The notes beneath the pieces were generated by a model. The model did not search any database and was not told the origin of the DNA. It saw nothing but the letters and a program-made list of their open reading frames with translations. A program made the position numbers and the translations under genes. Of a DNA stretch of 32,182 nt, positions 7,874 to 18,212 are shown piece after piece. The first letter of the stretch is position 1; every line of letters starts with the position of its first letter. Origin of the DNA: an uncultured Bacilli bacterium (lineage in GTDB: Bacteria > Bacillota_I > Bacilli_A > RF39 > UBA660); NCBI GenBank assembly GCA_944331885.1, contig CALVJF010000001.1, positions 1 through 32,182 of the forward strand, in the 5' to 3' direction.

Positions 7874-9548
7874 ATTGCACCTCATTTTCATATAAATCTT
7901 TATAAATAGGTATTTTTAATAATTCTTGATGTTGTCCTATCGCTTCTATTTTTCCATTATTCATAAGGATAATTAAGTCAAAGTTTTTAATTGGTTTAAT
8001 TAATGATGAGGCTATAATTAAAGTTTTGTTTTTTAATAAAATATCAATGTTATTTAATATCTTTTTAATGGTAATATTATCTAATCCATTAAACATATCA
8101 TCTACTAGATAAATATTAGCATATTTAGCAAAACCACGAACTAATGCTAGACGTTGTTTTTGACCTCCAGATAAATTTTGACCTTGTTGTTCAATATGGT
8201 AGTTGAGATCATTAAATTCGGATAGTTGAAAAACATTCATTAATTGATGAATTTCTTTATTATTAATTTGCGAGTTAGCAATTTTAATGTTTGATTTAAT
8301 AGTTCCCTGAAAAATATATGATTTTGCCGGAATGACAGAAATAATTTTATTAGTTGTTTGTTGTGAGAGATTATTTAATTCATAGTTATTTATTGTGATA
8401 GATCCTTGATAATTTGGGTAGGTATTGGCTAGAATTTTTAGCAAAGTGCTTTTCCCAGAACCACTAGGGCCAACTATAGCTATTTTTTTATTTAGAGGAA
8501 TGTTTATGGAAATATTTTTTAATGTTGGTTTTTGATTTTCTGGATAAGTAAACGACATGTTAATAACTTGGTAGTTATCAACATATTTAATTATTTTAGT
8601 TTTGTTATGCTTTAAGGGGATATTTAAAATATCATTAATGCGTTGATATGAAACTTTTGCTTTAGGAAAAAGTATAAAAAGAATTATTAAAGTTAAAAAA
8701 GCGGATATTATTTGAATTGTATATTGAGATGTTGTTAATATTAATGATAGTTCAGTTTGGGATTTTGAAGATTTTAGTAGTGACCAGGTAATAACTATAG
8801 TTATTATGTTGATTATTAAAGTAGTGTAAGGGTTTAATAATGACATTAATTTATTAATATGAAAGTCTAAATTAGAGTAATTTTTGTTTATAGATTGATA
8901 TTTTTTTATTTCAAATTTTTCGCCATTAAATGTTTTAATTGTTAATAAACCATTTAATGTTTCACGAGTACGCAAATTTAATTGCTCAAGTAATTTTTGT
9001 AATTTTAACACTTGAGGAGTGACAATTAATAAAAGAACTACAAGAAAGATAATTATTAAAAAAATGCTGATAATTATTGAAAAATTTAATAACGTATTTG
9101 TTGTTAATTGAGTTATTTTTATTATTCCAAATGGTGCTATAACTAAAGCAAAGATTAGATTTTTGAAGCCAATATTAAAAGTATTTTGAATTTGGGCAAT
9201 ATCAGATGTAGATCGAGTAATAAAACTTGATATAGAATATTTTTGAAAATCTTTTTCTGGTAAAGCTATTACTTTTTGAAATAATACTTCACGTATTTGA
9301 CTAGCTATTTGAGCGCTAATGCGTGCTGAAAAATAGTTCATAATTAATGAAGAAATTATTATTAAGAAAGTAATTATGATCATCTTAATACTATGATTAA
9401 TTATTAAGTTATTTTTGGATGTCATAGTGTTAGTTAAAATGTAATTCATTTGTTCTGGAAGAGATAGAATTAAAAAAGCATTAATGAAAATGAAGATAAT
9501 TAAGAAAATAATAAGTATTATGTTCTTTTTAATTAATATTTTTAACAT
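7860..9548 (-). CDS. ABC exporter subunit (TMD-NBD) with degenerate Walker B and H-loop
   Basis: Motifs present are Walker A GPSGSGKST, signature LSGGQKQR, Walker B IYLVDDMF (Asp where the catalytic Glu is expected) and IIASSL where the H-loop His is expected. ATG 9548 lies 6 nt after AGGGGG. The track start at 9554 directly abuts the SD. Confidence 0.88.
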   Translation of the reverse strand: MLKILIKKNIILIIFLIIFIFINAFLILSLPEQMNYILTNTMTSKNNLIINHSIKMIIITFLIIISSLIMNYFSARISAQIASQIREVLFQKVIALPEKDFQKYSISSFITRSTSDIAQIQNTFNIGFKNLIFALVIAPFGIIKITQLTTNTLLNFSIIISIFLIIIFLVVLLLIVTPQVLKLQKLLEQLNLRTRETLNGLLTIKTFNGEKFEIKKYQSINKNYSNLDFHINKLMSLLNPYTTLIINIITIVITWSLLKSSKSQTELSLILTTSQYTIQIISAFLTLIILFILFPKAKVSYQRINDILNIPLKHNKTKIIKYVDNYQVINMSFTYPENQKPTLKNISINIPLNKKIAIVGPSGSGKSTLLKILANTYPNYQGSITINNYELNNLSQQTTNKIISVIPAKSYIFQGTIKSNIKIANSQINNKEIHQLMNVFQLSEFNDLNYHIEQQGQNLSGGQKQRLALVRGFAKYANIYLVDDMFNGLDNITIKKILNNIDILLKNKTLIIASSLIKPIKNFDLIILMNNGKIEAIGQHQELLKIPIYKDLYENEVQYENI

Positions 9549-9566
9549 AGACATCCCCCTAATTAA

Positions 9567-9594
9567 ATTATAATAGATAAATGTAAAATGTAAA
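9567..9594 (-). promoter_or_regulatory. Candidate promoter of the ABC exporter operon
   Basis: On the minus strand, TTTACA (9594-9589) is followed by a 16-nt spacer and TATAAT (9572-9567). The leader would start almost at the SD. Confidence 0.35.
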
Positions 9595-9681
9595 TAAATA
9601 CTTTATTTTTGCGGAATATTGTAGTATTCTAGGTACATAATATAAATCTTTATATAGTTTTATATTAAAATACTTAGTTAA

Positions 9682-11604
<1,923 letters not shown>

Positions 11605-11615
11605 GCCCCCTATTT

Positions 11616-11646
11616 AAAAAGAAAAATATATCTTTTTCTTTTTTTT
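11616..11646 (+). terminator. Weak A/T-rich terminator after lysS
   Basis: AAAAAGAAAAA - TATATC - TTTTTCTTTTT plus a T-run. The stem has only one G-C pair, so its stability is doubtful. Confidence 0.35.
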
Positions 11647-11647
11647 G

Positions 11648-11656
11648 TGGTATAAT
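11648..11656 (+). promoter_or_regulatory. Extended -10 promoter (TGgTATAAT) for the YfcC-like gene
   Basis: TGGTATAAT lies immediately after the lysS terminator T-run and 16 nt before the ATG. Confidence 0.55.
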
Positions 11657-11672
11657 TTTATAGGGAGGTAAG

Positions 11673-13289
11673 ATGATGAAATTGTTTAGCAAAAAAGCTA
11701 CACATGAAGATGGAAAAACAAATCCATATGCAATGTTAAAGATGTTAGCAGTTATTGCTGTGTTTGTAATGGTTTTAACATGGGTGATACCTGCTGGATA
11801 TCTTGAAGGAACTGAGTTAATAGAAACTACAACAACAAAGTTGGGAATAATTGATTTCTTTCTTGGTGGTATATACACATTTAATTATTTTTTATTAGCT
11901 ATAGTTTTATTGATTTTAATAGGAGGTTTTTATGGAGTTGTAAGTAAAACTACTGCTTACGAAGAAGTTGTAAATAAGTTAGCTAAGTTTGTAAGTAAAC
12001 ATAAAATTATTGCAATGTTAATAACTTCTTTAGTATTTACTTTATTAGCTAGTGTATTCTTAGAAGTTACACCATTAATTATATTAATACCTTTTGTTAT
12101 TTCAGTAATGAATAAAGCTAATTATGATAAGTTTGTGACATTTAGTACTACTTTTGGTGCAATTATGGTTGGTATTTTAGGTACTACTCATACTGGTTTT
12201 GGCTTGGATATGTTGTATGACTATATGGGTGCTTCGATGGAAACCAATTTGGCTGCTCATGTCGTTATTATGATTATCGGGTATGTTTTGATTAATATGT
12301 TTGCTATTATGCGTATTAATAATAAAGAACAAAAGCCTTTATTGATTGAAGATCGTTTTGTACCTGAAAAAGAAACGAATAATACTAGCGTTGTTCCAGT
12401 TGCAGTAGTCACATTGTTTTTAGGCGCTATATTTGTAACATTTGGTTTGTCAAGATTTATTGAATTAAATCCTATGGCATTATTAGGTATTGTTCTTGTG
12501 GTTGCTTATGTTGCATTTTTTGCTCTATATTCTAAATTTGGAAATCAAAAAGTTAAAAATAAAAAATGGCCTTTAATTACAATTATGGTGTCATTATTCA
12601 TTTTTATTATATTAGGTTATACAAATTGGAGCGATTTAACTGATGCAACTATATTTACTGATTTTCATAATTGGTTAACTAGTGAATTGGTTCTTGTTAT
12701 TAATGGTGAAGAATTTGCTTTATTTGGAAATTTACTTGGAACTTCTTATGAATTTGGGGCATGGAATGCTGTTATAATTTCAATTTACTTAGTAATATTC
12801 GCATATGTAATTGCTAAAACTTATGGTTTCAAATTAGATGACACAATTAAGTATTTTGGCGAAGGTATGAAAAAGATGTTGGTACCAACTATTCTTTACG
12901 CTTTTGCACACATTTTAGTTGTTTATTGTAATTGGTTACCAGTTGTAAATAATATTGTATATGGCTTAGCTAATATCACTGAAAGTTATAGTATTATCAT
13001 TATTATGATAATTGGACTTGTGGGAGCATTCTTCTCTTCAGATCCAGGCTTTTTGGGATATTTGATTGGAGCATTTGTTGGAACAATGTTTGTTGATAAT
13101 GCTAATACTTCAGCACTAATTGTTACTTCAATGTATGGATTTGCACAATTCCTTGTACCTACTGGTTTATTGTTGTTAGCAGGTCTTAATTATTGTGATA
13201 TTTCCTACACTTCATGGCTAAAATACATATGGAAATTTGCTCTAGGATTATTAGTAGCGTTAGTATTAGTATTTTTAATACTTGGGTAG
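11673..13289 (+). CDS. YfcC-family (IT superfamily) polytopic transporter, possible amino-acid or C4-dicarboxylate type carrier
   Basis: The N-terminal LTWVIPAGY and IGGFYGVV segments resemble YfcC-family proteins, and there are more than 10 TM helices. It has its own extended -10 promoter, a GGGAGG SD and a strong terminator. The start could also be ATG 11676. Confidence 0.55.
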   Translation: MMKLFSKKATHEDGKTNPYAMLKMLAVIAVFVMVLTWVIPAGYLEGTELIETTTTKLGIIDFFLGGIYTFNYFLLAIVLLILIGGFYGVVSKTTAYEEVVNKLAKFVSKHKIIAMLITSLVFTLLASVFLEVTPLIILIPFVISVMNKANYDKFVTFSTTFGAIMVGILGTTHTGFGLDMLYDYMGASMETNLAAHVVIMIIGYVLINMFAIMRINNKEQKPLLIEDRFVPEKETNNTSVVPVAVVTLFLGAIFVTFGLSRFIELNPMALLGIVLVVAYVAFFALYSKFGNQKVKNKKWPLITIMVSLFIFIILGYTNWSDLTDATIFTDFHNWLTSELVLVINGEEFALFGNLLGTSYEFGAWNAVIISIYLVIFAYVIAKTYGFKLDDTIKYFGEGMKKMLVPTILYAFAHILVVYCNWLPVVNNIVYGLANITESYSIIIIMIIGLVGAFFSSDPGFLGYLIGAFVGTMFVDNANTSALIVTSMYGFAQFLVPTGLLLLAGLNYCDISYTSWLKYIWKFALGLLVALVLVFLILG

Positions 13290-13313
13290 ATACGAAAGTA
13301 TCTACTTTTTTTT
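13286..13313 (+). terminator. Rho-independent terminator
   Basis: GTAGATAC - GAAA - GTATCTAC is followed by eight T residues. The stop codon lies in the stem. Confidence 0.8.
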
Positions 13314-13360
13314 GATTAAATTTGGATTGTTTTTAGCATAATATTAAATAGGTGATATTA

Positions 13361-15427
13361 ATGTTTAAAAAATTTGATAAAAAAATATGTAAGGTATTTA
13401 AAGATGCTGAAGAAGAAATGTTTAATTTATTACATCCATATGTTGGAACAGAACATTTATTTCTAAGTTTATTAAAAAATGATGAAAGTTTAAATAGATA
13501 TTTTGTTAATTCAGGAATAACTTATGATTCTTTTAAAGAAATGTTATTAAGTGTGATTGGTAAAGCTAAAAAAAGGAGTATATATGTTTTATATACTCCT
13601 TTATTAAAACAAGTTATTGAGGGGGCAATAGATAAGGCTGATTTGGATAATGATGGAGTAGTTACTACTAAAATATTATTGTGGTCATTGTTAGAGTCTA
13701 ACGATGGAATTGCAATTCAAATACTTCGTAAAATGAATTTTGATATAGAAAGTGTTATAGAAAAAATAACAATTAAAAAGCATTTAGAAGTTTTAGCGGA
13801 AGTTGGTACTTTACTAAATAATAGTGTCGTTAGTCAAATTATGGAAAGAGATAAAGAAATTGAAGAGGTTATTAATATTTTGTTAAAAAAAGAAAAGTGT
13901 AATCCTTTGTTAGTTGGGAAGCCAGGTGTTGGTAAAACTGCCATTGTAAGAGAACTTGCAAGACGGATAGATAATAACGTAATACCTAACAAATTGTTAG
14001 GAACGAAGATATATGAATTAAATTTAGGTAATTTAATTAGTGGTACTAAATATAGAGGAGATTTTGAAGAAAGATTTACTAATATATTAAAAGAAGTTGA
14101 AGAAAACAATTTAATATTGTTTATTGATGAAATTCATGGAATTGTAACTTGTGGTGGTGCTGAAGGTGCCGTTAATGCTGCGGAAATATTAAAACCATAT
14201 TTATGCAGAGGGAAAATAAAAGTTATTGGTGCCACTACCGAAAGGGAATATTATAAATATATTGCTAAAGATAAAGCTTTAGATAGAAGATTTGATATAG
14301 TTAAAATTAGTGAACCGAATGATAAAGCTACTTTAAAGATTTTAGAAGGAATTAAGGACGATTATGAAAAATTTCATAATGTAAAAATTACAAAAGTTAA
14401 TCTTCAAAATATAGTTGAAATAGGTAGTAAATATTTAAAAAGTCGTGTAAATCCTGATAAGGCAATAGAATTGCTAGATTTAGTCTGTGCTAAGGTTAAT
14501 AATAATCAAAAGGAGAAAGAATTAGAATTCTCTAAACAAGTAGCGATTAAGGATAATGATTATATTTTGGCGGAAAATATTAGTCAAAAAATTAATTCTT
14601 ATAAAAAAAGAAAAAATAAGATTACGTATTTTGATATTGTAGAAGTAGTTGAAAATAAATATGGAGTAAAAATATTAGATAATCAGACAAAAATAATAAA
14701 AAATTTAAAGGACAATTTAAAAAGTTTAATAGGTCAAGACGATGTAAAAGAAGCTTTAATTAAATTAGTTAATTATAAATTGTTAAATCTTGATAAGATT
14801 TTATCAGTGTTGCTATTGGGAAATACTGGTGTTGGTAAAACTGAAACAGTAAAGTTGATTGCCAATACTTTTGGTAAAGATAATTTTTTGCGCTTAGATA
14901 TGAGTGAGTATAATTTAGAAAGTAGAATTACAAAGTTGATTGGTTCTTCTCCAGGTTATGTTGGTTATAATGATAATTTTGAATTTGAAAAGATAAAATT
15001 GAATCCTTTTAAAATAATTTTGGTTGATGAGGTTGAAAAAGCCCATCCTAGAGTTTTGAATTTATTTTTACAAATATTAGATGAAGGCTATATTACTGAT
15101 GCTTTAGGAGAAAAAATAGATTTTAGCAATACAATGATTTTCTTTACTTCTAATTTGGGTATGAAAAAGGGAATTGGATTTGAAGAAAGAATTAATAACG
15201 AAATTGAAGAATTTTTTACTCCTGAATTATTAGGACGTTTTGATCGGGTTTTATATTATAAAAATATAACTGAAAAAGAGGTATTAACTTTTATTGAAAA
15301 AAATACAATGATAGATAAAATTAAAATAGAAGAAGTAATAAAAAAATGTAATTATGAAAAATATGGATTAAGAAATGTAAAGAAAGTAATTAAGGAAATA
15401 GAAATTGATGCTTTAGCTTATAATTAA
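13361..15427 (+). CDS. clpC: Class III-type Clp/Hsp100 double-AAA+ ATPase, ClpC-like, compact
   Basis: Features present are a Clp_N repeat (HPYVGTEHLFLSLL), D1 Walker A GKPGVGKTA and Walker B ILFIDEIH, D2 Walker A GNTGVGKTE and Walker B ILVDEVEKAHP, an IGF loop (KKGIGFEE) for ClpP docking, and YGLRN in the sensor-2 position. AGGTGA precedes ATG 13361. Confidence 0.85.
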   Translation: MFKKFDKKICKVFKDAEEEMFNLLHPYVGTEHLFLSLLKNDESLNRYFVNSGITYDSFKEMLLSVIGKAKKRSIYVLYTPLLKQVIEGAIDKADLDNDGVVTTKILLWSLLESNDGIAIQILRKMNFDIESVIEKITIKKHLEVLAEVGTLLNNSVVSQIMERDKEIEEVINILLKKEKCNPLLVGKPGVGKTAIVRELARRIDNNVIPNKLLGTKIYELNLGNLISGTKYRGDFEERFTNILKEVEENNLILFIDEIHGIVTCGGAEGAVNAAEILKPYLCRGKIKVIGATTEREYYKYIAKDKALDRRFDIVKISEPNDKATLKILEGIKDDYEKFHNVKITKVNLQNIVEIGSKYLKSRVNPDKAIELLDLVCAKVNNNQKEKELEFSKQVAIKDNDYILAENISQKINSYKKRKNKITYFDIVEVVENKYGVKILDNQTKIIKNLKDNLKSLIGQDDVKEALIKLVNYKLLNLDKILSVLLLGNTGVGKTETVKLIANTFGKDNFLRLDMSEYNLESRITKLIGSSPGYVGYNDNFEFEKIKLNPFKIILVDEVEKAHPRVLNLFLQILDEGYITDALGEKIDFSNTMIFFTSNLGMKKGIGFEERINNEIEEFFTPELLGRFDRVLYYKNITEKEVLTFIEKNTMIDKIKIEEVIKKCNYEKYGLRNVKKVIKEIEIDALAYN

Positions 15428-15440
15428 TTATAAGCTTTTT
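15415..15440 (+). terminator. Rho-independent terminator after clpC
   Basis: A 22-nt perfect palindrome, AGCTTATAATTAATTATAAGCT, is followed by TTTT. It overlaps the stop codon. Confidence 0.6.
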
Positions 15441-15457
15441 GCTTTTAAATAAATAAT

Positions 15458-15487
15458 TTGATACAATTATTGTGGAAGTGATAAACT
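15458..15487 (+). promoter_or_regulatory. Candidate cysS promoter
   Basis: TTGATA (15458-15463) is followed by an 18-nt spacer and TGaTAAACT (15479-15487). Confidence 0.4.
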
Positions 15488-15560
15488 ATGTTTAAAAAAT
15501 TAATTTTTTATCGATGTTTAATTTAGAAAATAAAATTAAATATTGAAAGGTGGAATTAAA

Positions 15561-16871
15561 ATGAAAATATATAATAGTTTAACGGATAAATTAGAGGAAT
15601 TTAAACCAATTGAAGAAGGAAAAATAAAAATGTATGTTTGTGGACCTACTGTGTATAATTATGTTCATATTGGAAATATGCGCCCAGCTATAACATTTGA
15701 TATGGTCTATAATTATTTTAAATATTTGGGGTATGATGTTAAATATGCTAGTAATTTTACCGATGTAAATCCAAAAATAATAAATGCCGCTAAAGAGTTG
15801 GGAATTACTGAAAGAGAAGTTGCTGATAAATTTATTGAGGCGTATTTAAATGATTTAAAAAGTTTTAACTGTGGAGAAATAGATTATCGTCCAAGAGTTA
15901 TTAATCATATGGAAGATATATATAATTTTATTACGAAATTAATTGAAAAAGATATGGCTTATGTAGTTGATGGGGATGTTTATTTTCGCGTTTCTAAAGT
16001 TAAAGATTACGGTATGTTATCTAACCAGGATATTGAAGAGTTAAGAAGTGGGGCAAGAGTTGAAGTTGATGAAAAAAAAGAAAGCCCTTTGGATTTTGCT
16101 TTATGGCGTCGTACAGAAGATGGAGAACAATTCGAATCACCTTGGGGAATGGGAATTCCTGGTTGGCATACGGAATGTGTGGTTATGATTAATAGTATTT
16201 TCGGAAGTAAAATTGATATTCATGGGGGTGGTGTTGATTTAAAATTTCCTCATCATGAAAATGAAATTGCTCAAAGTGTGGCTTTAAACGATAATTATTT
16301 GGCAAATTATTGGATGCATAATGGACATATTAATTTAGATGGTGAGAAAATGAGTAAAAGCTTAGGTAATTTTATACTAGCTAAAGATTTTATTAAGGAA
16401 CACGACGCTAATACTGTAAAATTGGCTCTATTTAAAACGCATTATCGCTTACCGCTTAATTTTACGGATGAGGTATTTAAGGAAGCAAAAGTACTTGATG
16501 AAAAAATATATAATGCATTAAAACAGGCTAATTTAGTAATACAAGTAAATTCTTTAAATGTTGGAGAGCTTAAAGAAGATAAAAAAATTAATGAAATTAT
16601 GGATGAAGATTTCAATACTCCTAATTTAATTACTTATTTAATAGATTTGATTAAAGATTTAAATGTTGCTTTACGAAATAATAGTAATATTGAAGAAATT
16701 TATGATAAAATAATGCTTGTAAATCAAATTTTAGGTTTAAAATATGATTTATATGTGATGAGTGAAGAAGATAAAGAATTGTATAGCAAATGGTTAGATT
16801 ATCGTAAGAATAAAGACTTTAATAAAGCTGATGAGTTACGTACTATTTTGGCTGAAAGAAATATTTTGTAA
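15561..16871 (+). CDS. cysS: Cysteinyl-tRNA synthetase
   Basis: The N-terminus MKIYNSLT...MYVCGPTVYNYVHIGN carries the HIGH motif, and KMSKS and the WHTEC zinc-site region are present. AAAGGTGG precedes ATG 15561. Confidence 0.93.
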   Translation: MKIYNSLTDKLEEFKPIEEGKIKMYVCGPTVYNYVHIGNMRPAITFDMVYNYFKYLGYDVKYASNFTDVNPKIINAAKELGITEREVADKFIEAYLNDLKSFNCGEIDYRPRVINHMEDIYNFITKLIEKDMAYVVDGDVYFRVSKVKDYGMLSNQDIEELRSGARVEVDEKKESPLDFALWRRTEDGEQFESPWGMGIPGWHTECVVMINSIFGSKIDIHGGGVDLKFPHHENEIAQSVALNDNYLANYWMHNGHINLDGEKMSKSLGNFILAKDFIKEHDANTVKLALFKTHYRLPLNFTDEVFKEAKVLDEKIYNALKQANLVIQVNSLNVGELKEDKKINEIMDEDFNTPNLITYLIDLIKDLNVALRNNSNIEEIYDKIMLVNQILGLKYDLYVMSEEDKELYSKWLDYRKNKDFNKADELRTILAERNIL

Positions 16872-16882
16872 GGAGGATAAGT

Positions 16883-17551
16883 TTGGATTTATTATTATTA
16901 CTTGTAATTTTGATAATACCAGCTGTTGCTCAGTGGGGTGTTTATAAAAGTTACAATACATATAAACAAGTTAAAAATTCGAAAGGAATTAGTGGATTTG
17001 AAGTTGCTAGAAAAATTTTAGATGCTAACGGATTAGAAAAAGTTCATGTGGTAGAAGTTAATGGGAATTTAACTGATCATTATGATCCTAGTCGTAAAGT
17101 AGTTCGTTTGTCTTCTGATGTTTTTCATGGCGAAACTATAGCTGCTGTATCAATAGCTGCTCATGAAGTTGGTCATGCTCTTCAAGACAAAGATGGTTAT
17201 TTATATATGCGCTTTAGATCATTAATTTTTCCAGTTGTTAACGTTGCAACAGGAGTATCTTATTATATTATTTTATTAGGAATATTGTTGCAAGCATTTG
17301 ATATGATAATGTTGGGTATTGCTTTAACAGGCTGCGGTTTAATTTTTCAATTAGTTACATTGCCTGTTGAATTTAATGCTAGTAATAGAGCTAAGAAGTT
17401 ATTAACTAAAATGAATTTAGTTAGTGCTGGAGAAGCTGAAGGTGTAAGAAGTATGTTGGGAGCTGCTGCTATGACTTATGTGGCAGGAGTTATTGCAAGT
17501 GCTTTACAGATTTTAAGATTATTAATGGTCTATGGTGGAAATAGAGATTAA
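16883..17551 (+). CDS. Membrane zinc metallopeptidase, YugP family
   Basis: It has HEVGHALQ (HExxH), an N-terminal TM helix, LTDHYDP, and C-terminal TM helices typical of the putative neutral zinc metallopeptidase family. AGGAGG lies 7 nt before the TTG start, and the gene starts 11 nt after the cysS stop. Confidence 0.75.
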   Translation: MDLLLLLVILIIPAVAQWGVYKSYNTYKQVKNSKGISGFEVARKILDANGLEKVHVVEVNGNLTDHYDPSRKVVRLSSDVFHGETIAAVSIAAHEVGHALQDKDGYLYMRFRSLIFPVVNVATGVSYYIILLGILLQAFDMIMLGIALTGCGLIFQLVTLPVEFNASNRAKKLLTKMNLVSAGEAEGVRSMLGAAAMTYVAGVIASALQILRLLMVYGGNRD

Positions 17552-17572
17552 GCTACTTAAGTAGCTTTTTTT
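17551..17572 (+). terminator. Rho-independent terminator
   Basis: AGCTAC - TTAA - GTAGCT is followed by seven T residues. Confidence 0.75.
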
Positions 17573-17610
17573 GTGCTTTAAAGTTAATAATAATGTTTTA
17601 GTTGATAATG

Positions 17611-17619
17611 TGATATAAT
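17611..17619 (+). promoter_or_regulatory. Extended -10 promoter (TGaTATAAT) for the acyltransferase/ligase operon
   Basis: TGATATAAT lies 18 nt upstream of ATG 17638 and downstream of the terminator at 17551-17572. Confidence 0.6.
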
Positions 17620-17637
17620 TATATAGGGAGGAATGTA

Positions 17638-18210
17638 ATGAAAAAGTTATGGCTGTATAAAATAGTTAGGCCTTTTATTACTTTTTTATTTAAATTGATA
17701 TATCATCCCAAAATAATAGGTAGTGAATTTATTCCTAAAAAAGATGGTATTGTATTAGCTGGTAATCATACAAATAATCTTGATTGTTTGTTGTTAATAT
17801 CGTCAACTAAAAGAAATATTCATTTTTTGGCAAAAGATTCACTATGTAAAGGAGTAAAAAAGTATATATTTTTAAATATGGGAATTATTCCTGTTGATCG
17901 TTCAAAACGAAATAAAGAGGTTATGGAAGTTGCGCGTAATGTTTTAAATAATAATGGAGTAATTGGAATTTTTCCAGAAGGTACTATTAATCGAACTGAA
18001 GATATAATTATGCCTTTTAAAATGGGGGCGGTTAAAATGGCTTATGATACTGCAAAGTGCATTGTGCCATTTGCAATAACCGGTAAATATAAGCCATTTA
18101 TTAATGATTTGAAAATTGTTTTTAGTAAGCCATATAAAATTAATAATGATTTAATAAAAGAAAATAAATTATTAAGTAATAAAGTTACTGAACTTTTAAG
18201 GAGGAAATAG
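17638..18210 (+). CDS. PlsC-family (lysophospholipid/glycerolipid) acyltransferase, paralog 1
   Basis: The HX4D motif (GNHTNNLD), FPEGT motif and PFKMGA block are present. A GGGAGG SD precedes the start. This is the first gene of the operon. Confidence 0.8.
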   Translation: MKKLWLYKIVRPFITFLFKLIYHPKIIGSEFIPKKDGIVLAGNHTNNLDCLLLISSTKRNIHFLAKDSLCKGVKKYIFLNMGIIPVDRSKRNKEVMEVARNVLNNNGVIGIFPEGTINRTEDIIMPFKMGAVKMAYDTAKCIVPFAITGKYKPFINDLKIVFSKPYKINNDLIKENKLLSNKVTELLRRK

Positions 18211-18212
18211 CA

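Noticed and set aside
13290-13360. CtsR operator upstream of the clpC-like gene
   Set aside because: No tandem GGTCAAA-like heptad repeat is visible. The region holds only a terminator and AT-rich sequence.
13834-14109. Minus-strand ORF inside the clpC-like gene
   Set aside because: It is antisense to the D1 AAA+ module (the Walker A/B region), so it is a shadow frame.
15488-15526. A 12-codon mini-ORF (MFKKLIFYRCLI) with one Cys codon upstream of cysS, considered as a possible Cys-sensing leader peptide
   Set aside because: It has no SD, and its ATG lies inside or just after the best candidate -10 element (15482-15487), so it probably precedes the transcription start. A single Cys codon and the absence of an alternative terminator/antiterminator structure give no support.
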